A stretch of 64,000 nt of DNA. It comes from Nageia nagi (Eukaryota > Plantae > Pinophyta). The stretch is from the NCBI GenBank assembly GCA_050084985.1, contig JBITNC010000001.1, positions 148,676,001-148,740,000 on the forward strand, given 5' to 3'. How positions within the stretch are numbered: position 1 is the stretch's first letter; every line of letters begins with the position of its first letter. A program made the translations under genes and the position numbers. Positions 63,291-64,000 of this stretch are shown here, one piece after another. A model generated the notes under the pieces. It had not been told where the DNA came from, did no database searches, and saw nothing but the letters and a program-made list of their open reading frames with translations.

Positions 63291-64000
63291 ATGTATCATT
63301 ATTCATACATAAAAATATAAATCCATACATGAATACATAAATACATACATCAAATATTATTATTATTTATATATAAAAATTAAATACTATTCTAATTATA
63401 AAAATATTTAATTCTATCTTGCTTCCAACCATGTACCTTGATGCTAATGAAATACTTTTAAAATACAAGGTTAAACAAAATGTTTGATATAGGTCATTCA
63501 ATCAAGGAGCCTACAAAATCATTCTTTAGTTTTATCTCATCATTCTTTTTAAACAAGTTTATTTCCTCTTCAATAGCGATATCCACCTAAACTTTCCAAT
63601 AACCTTCACCCAAATGTTCATTATGTATATTTTCTTTAGGGTCAATACTAATCATCCTATCTACAATCACTACATCATTATTATCAATTAAGTGTGATTC
63701 CCTTCTCTCAAATAGCATAATCGATATAATTTTCTATCCCTACATGTAAAATTAACAACCTAAATAAATTCGTTGTATACTATATATTACAAACTAAGTC
63801 AACCATTTTAAATTTAAGATAATAGTAGTACCTTTGATAACACAAGTATAAAATATATTGATGTTATTGTTGATGTATCTACTGCTACTAGTGACCTTGA
63901 TGCTCCAAGTAATATTGATGCTACCTATGGAATTAGATGTAAGGGATTGTTATAGCTTTACAATTGTAACACGTAAGCATTTTAAATATTAAATCATGAA

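Overview
AT-rich, CpG-depleted, transposon-dense eukaryotic DNA, almost certainly a gymnosperm nuclear genome (inferred from the giant TE-filled intron, the conifer-type PLS-PPR pseudogene and the element families present). There is one intact host gene, on the minus strand: a GLTSCR-domain SWI/SNF (BRM-complex) subunit, BRIP1/BRIP2-like, 395 aa. Its exons 47487-47009 and 19413-18705 are joined across a 27,595-bp GT-AG intron. The rest is mobile DNA: L1 LINE fragments, a 2-kb solo LTR, a Tat/Ogre-like gag relic with an antisense plant-mobile-domain ORF, a TIR element holding two tRNA-like units, two decayed copia elements, a hAT MITE, a CRM-like chromovirus, a full-length env-less Sirevirus-like copia (2,022-bp LTRs) 2.6 kb upstream of the gene, and a PPR pseudogene. 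The most unusual object is a 5,888-bp TGTTG...CAACA unit with a perfect CCAAG target-site duplication (34353-40240) and no gag/pol. It contains seven ~47-bp palindromes spaced at near-multiples of ~10.3 bp, then a TATA box, then a ~1,100-codon decayed ORF. It looks like a giant protein-coding solo LTR carrying an operator-like array. All alignments were done by eye and no database searches were run.
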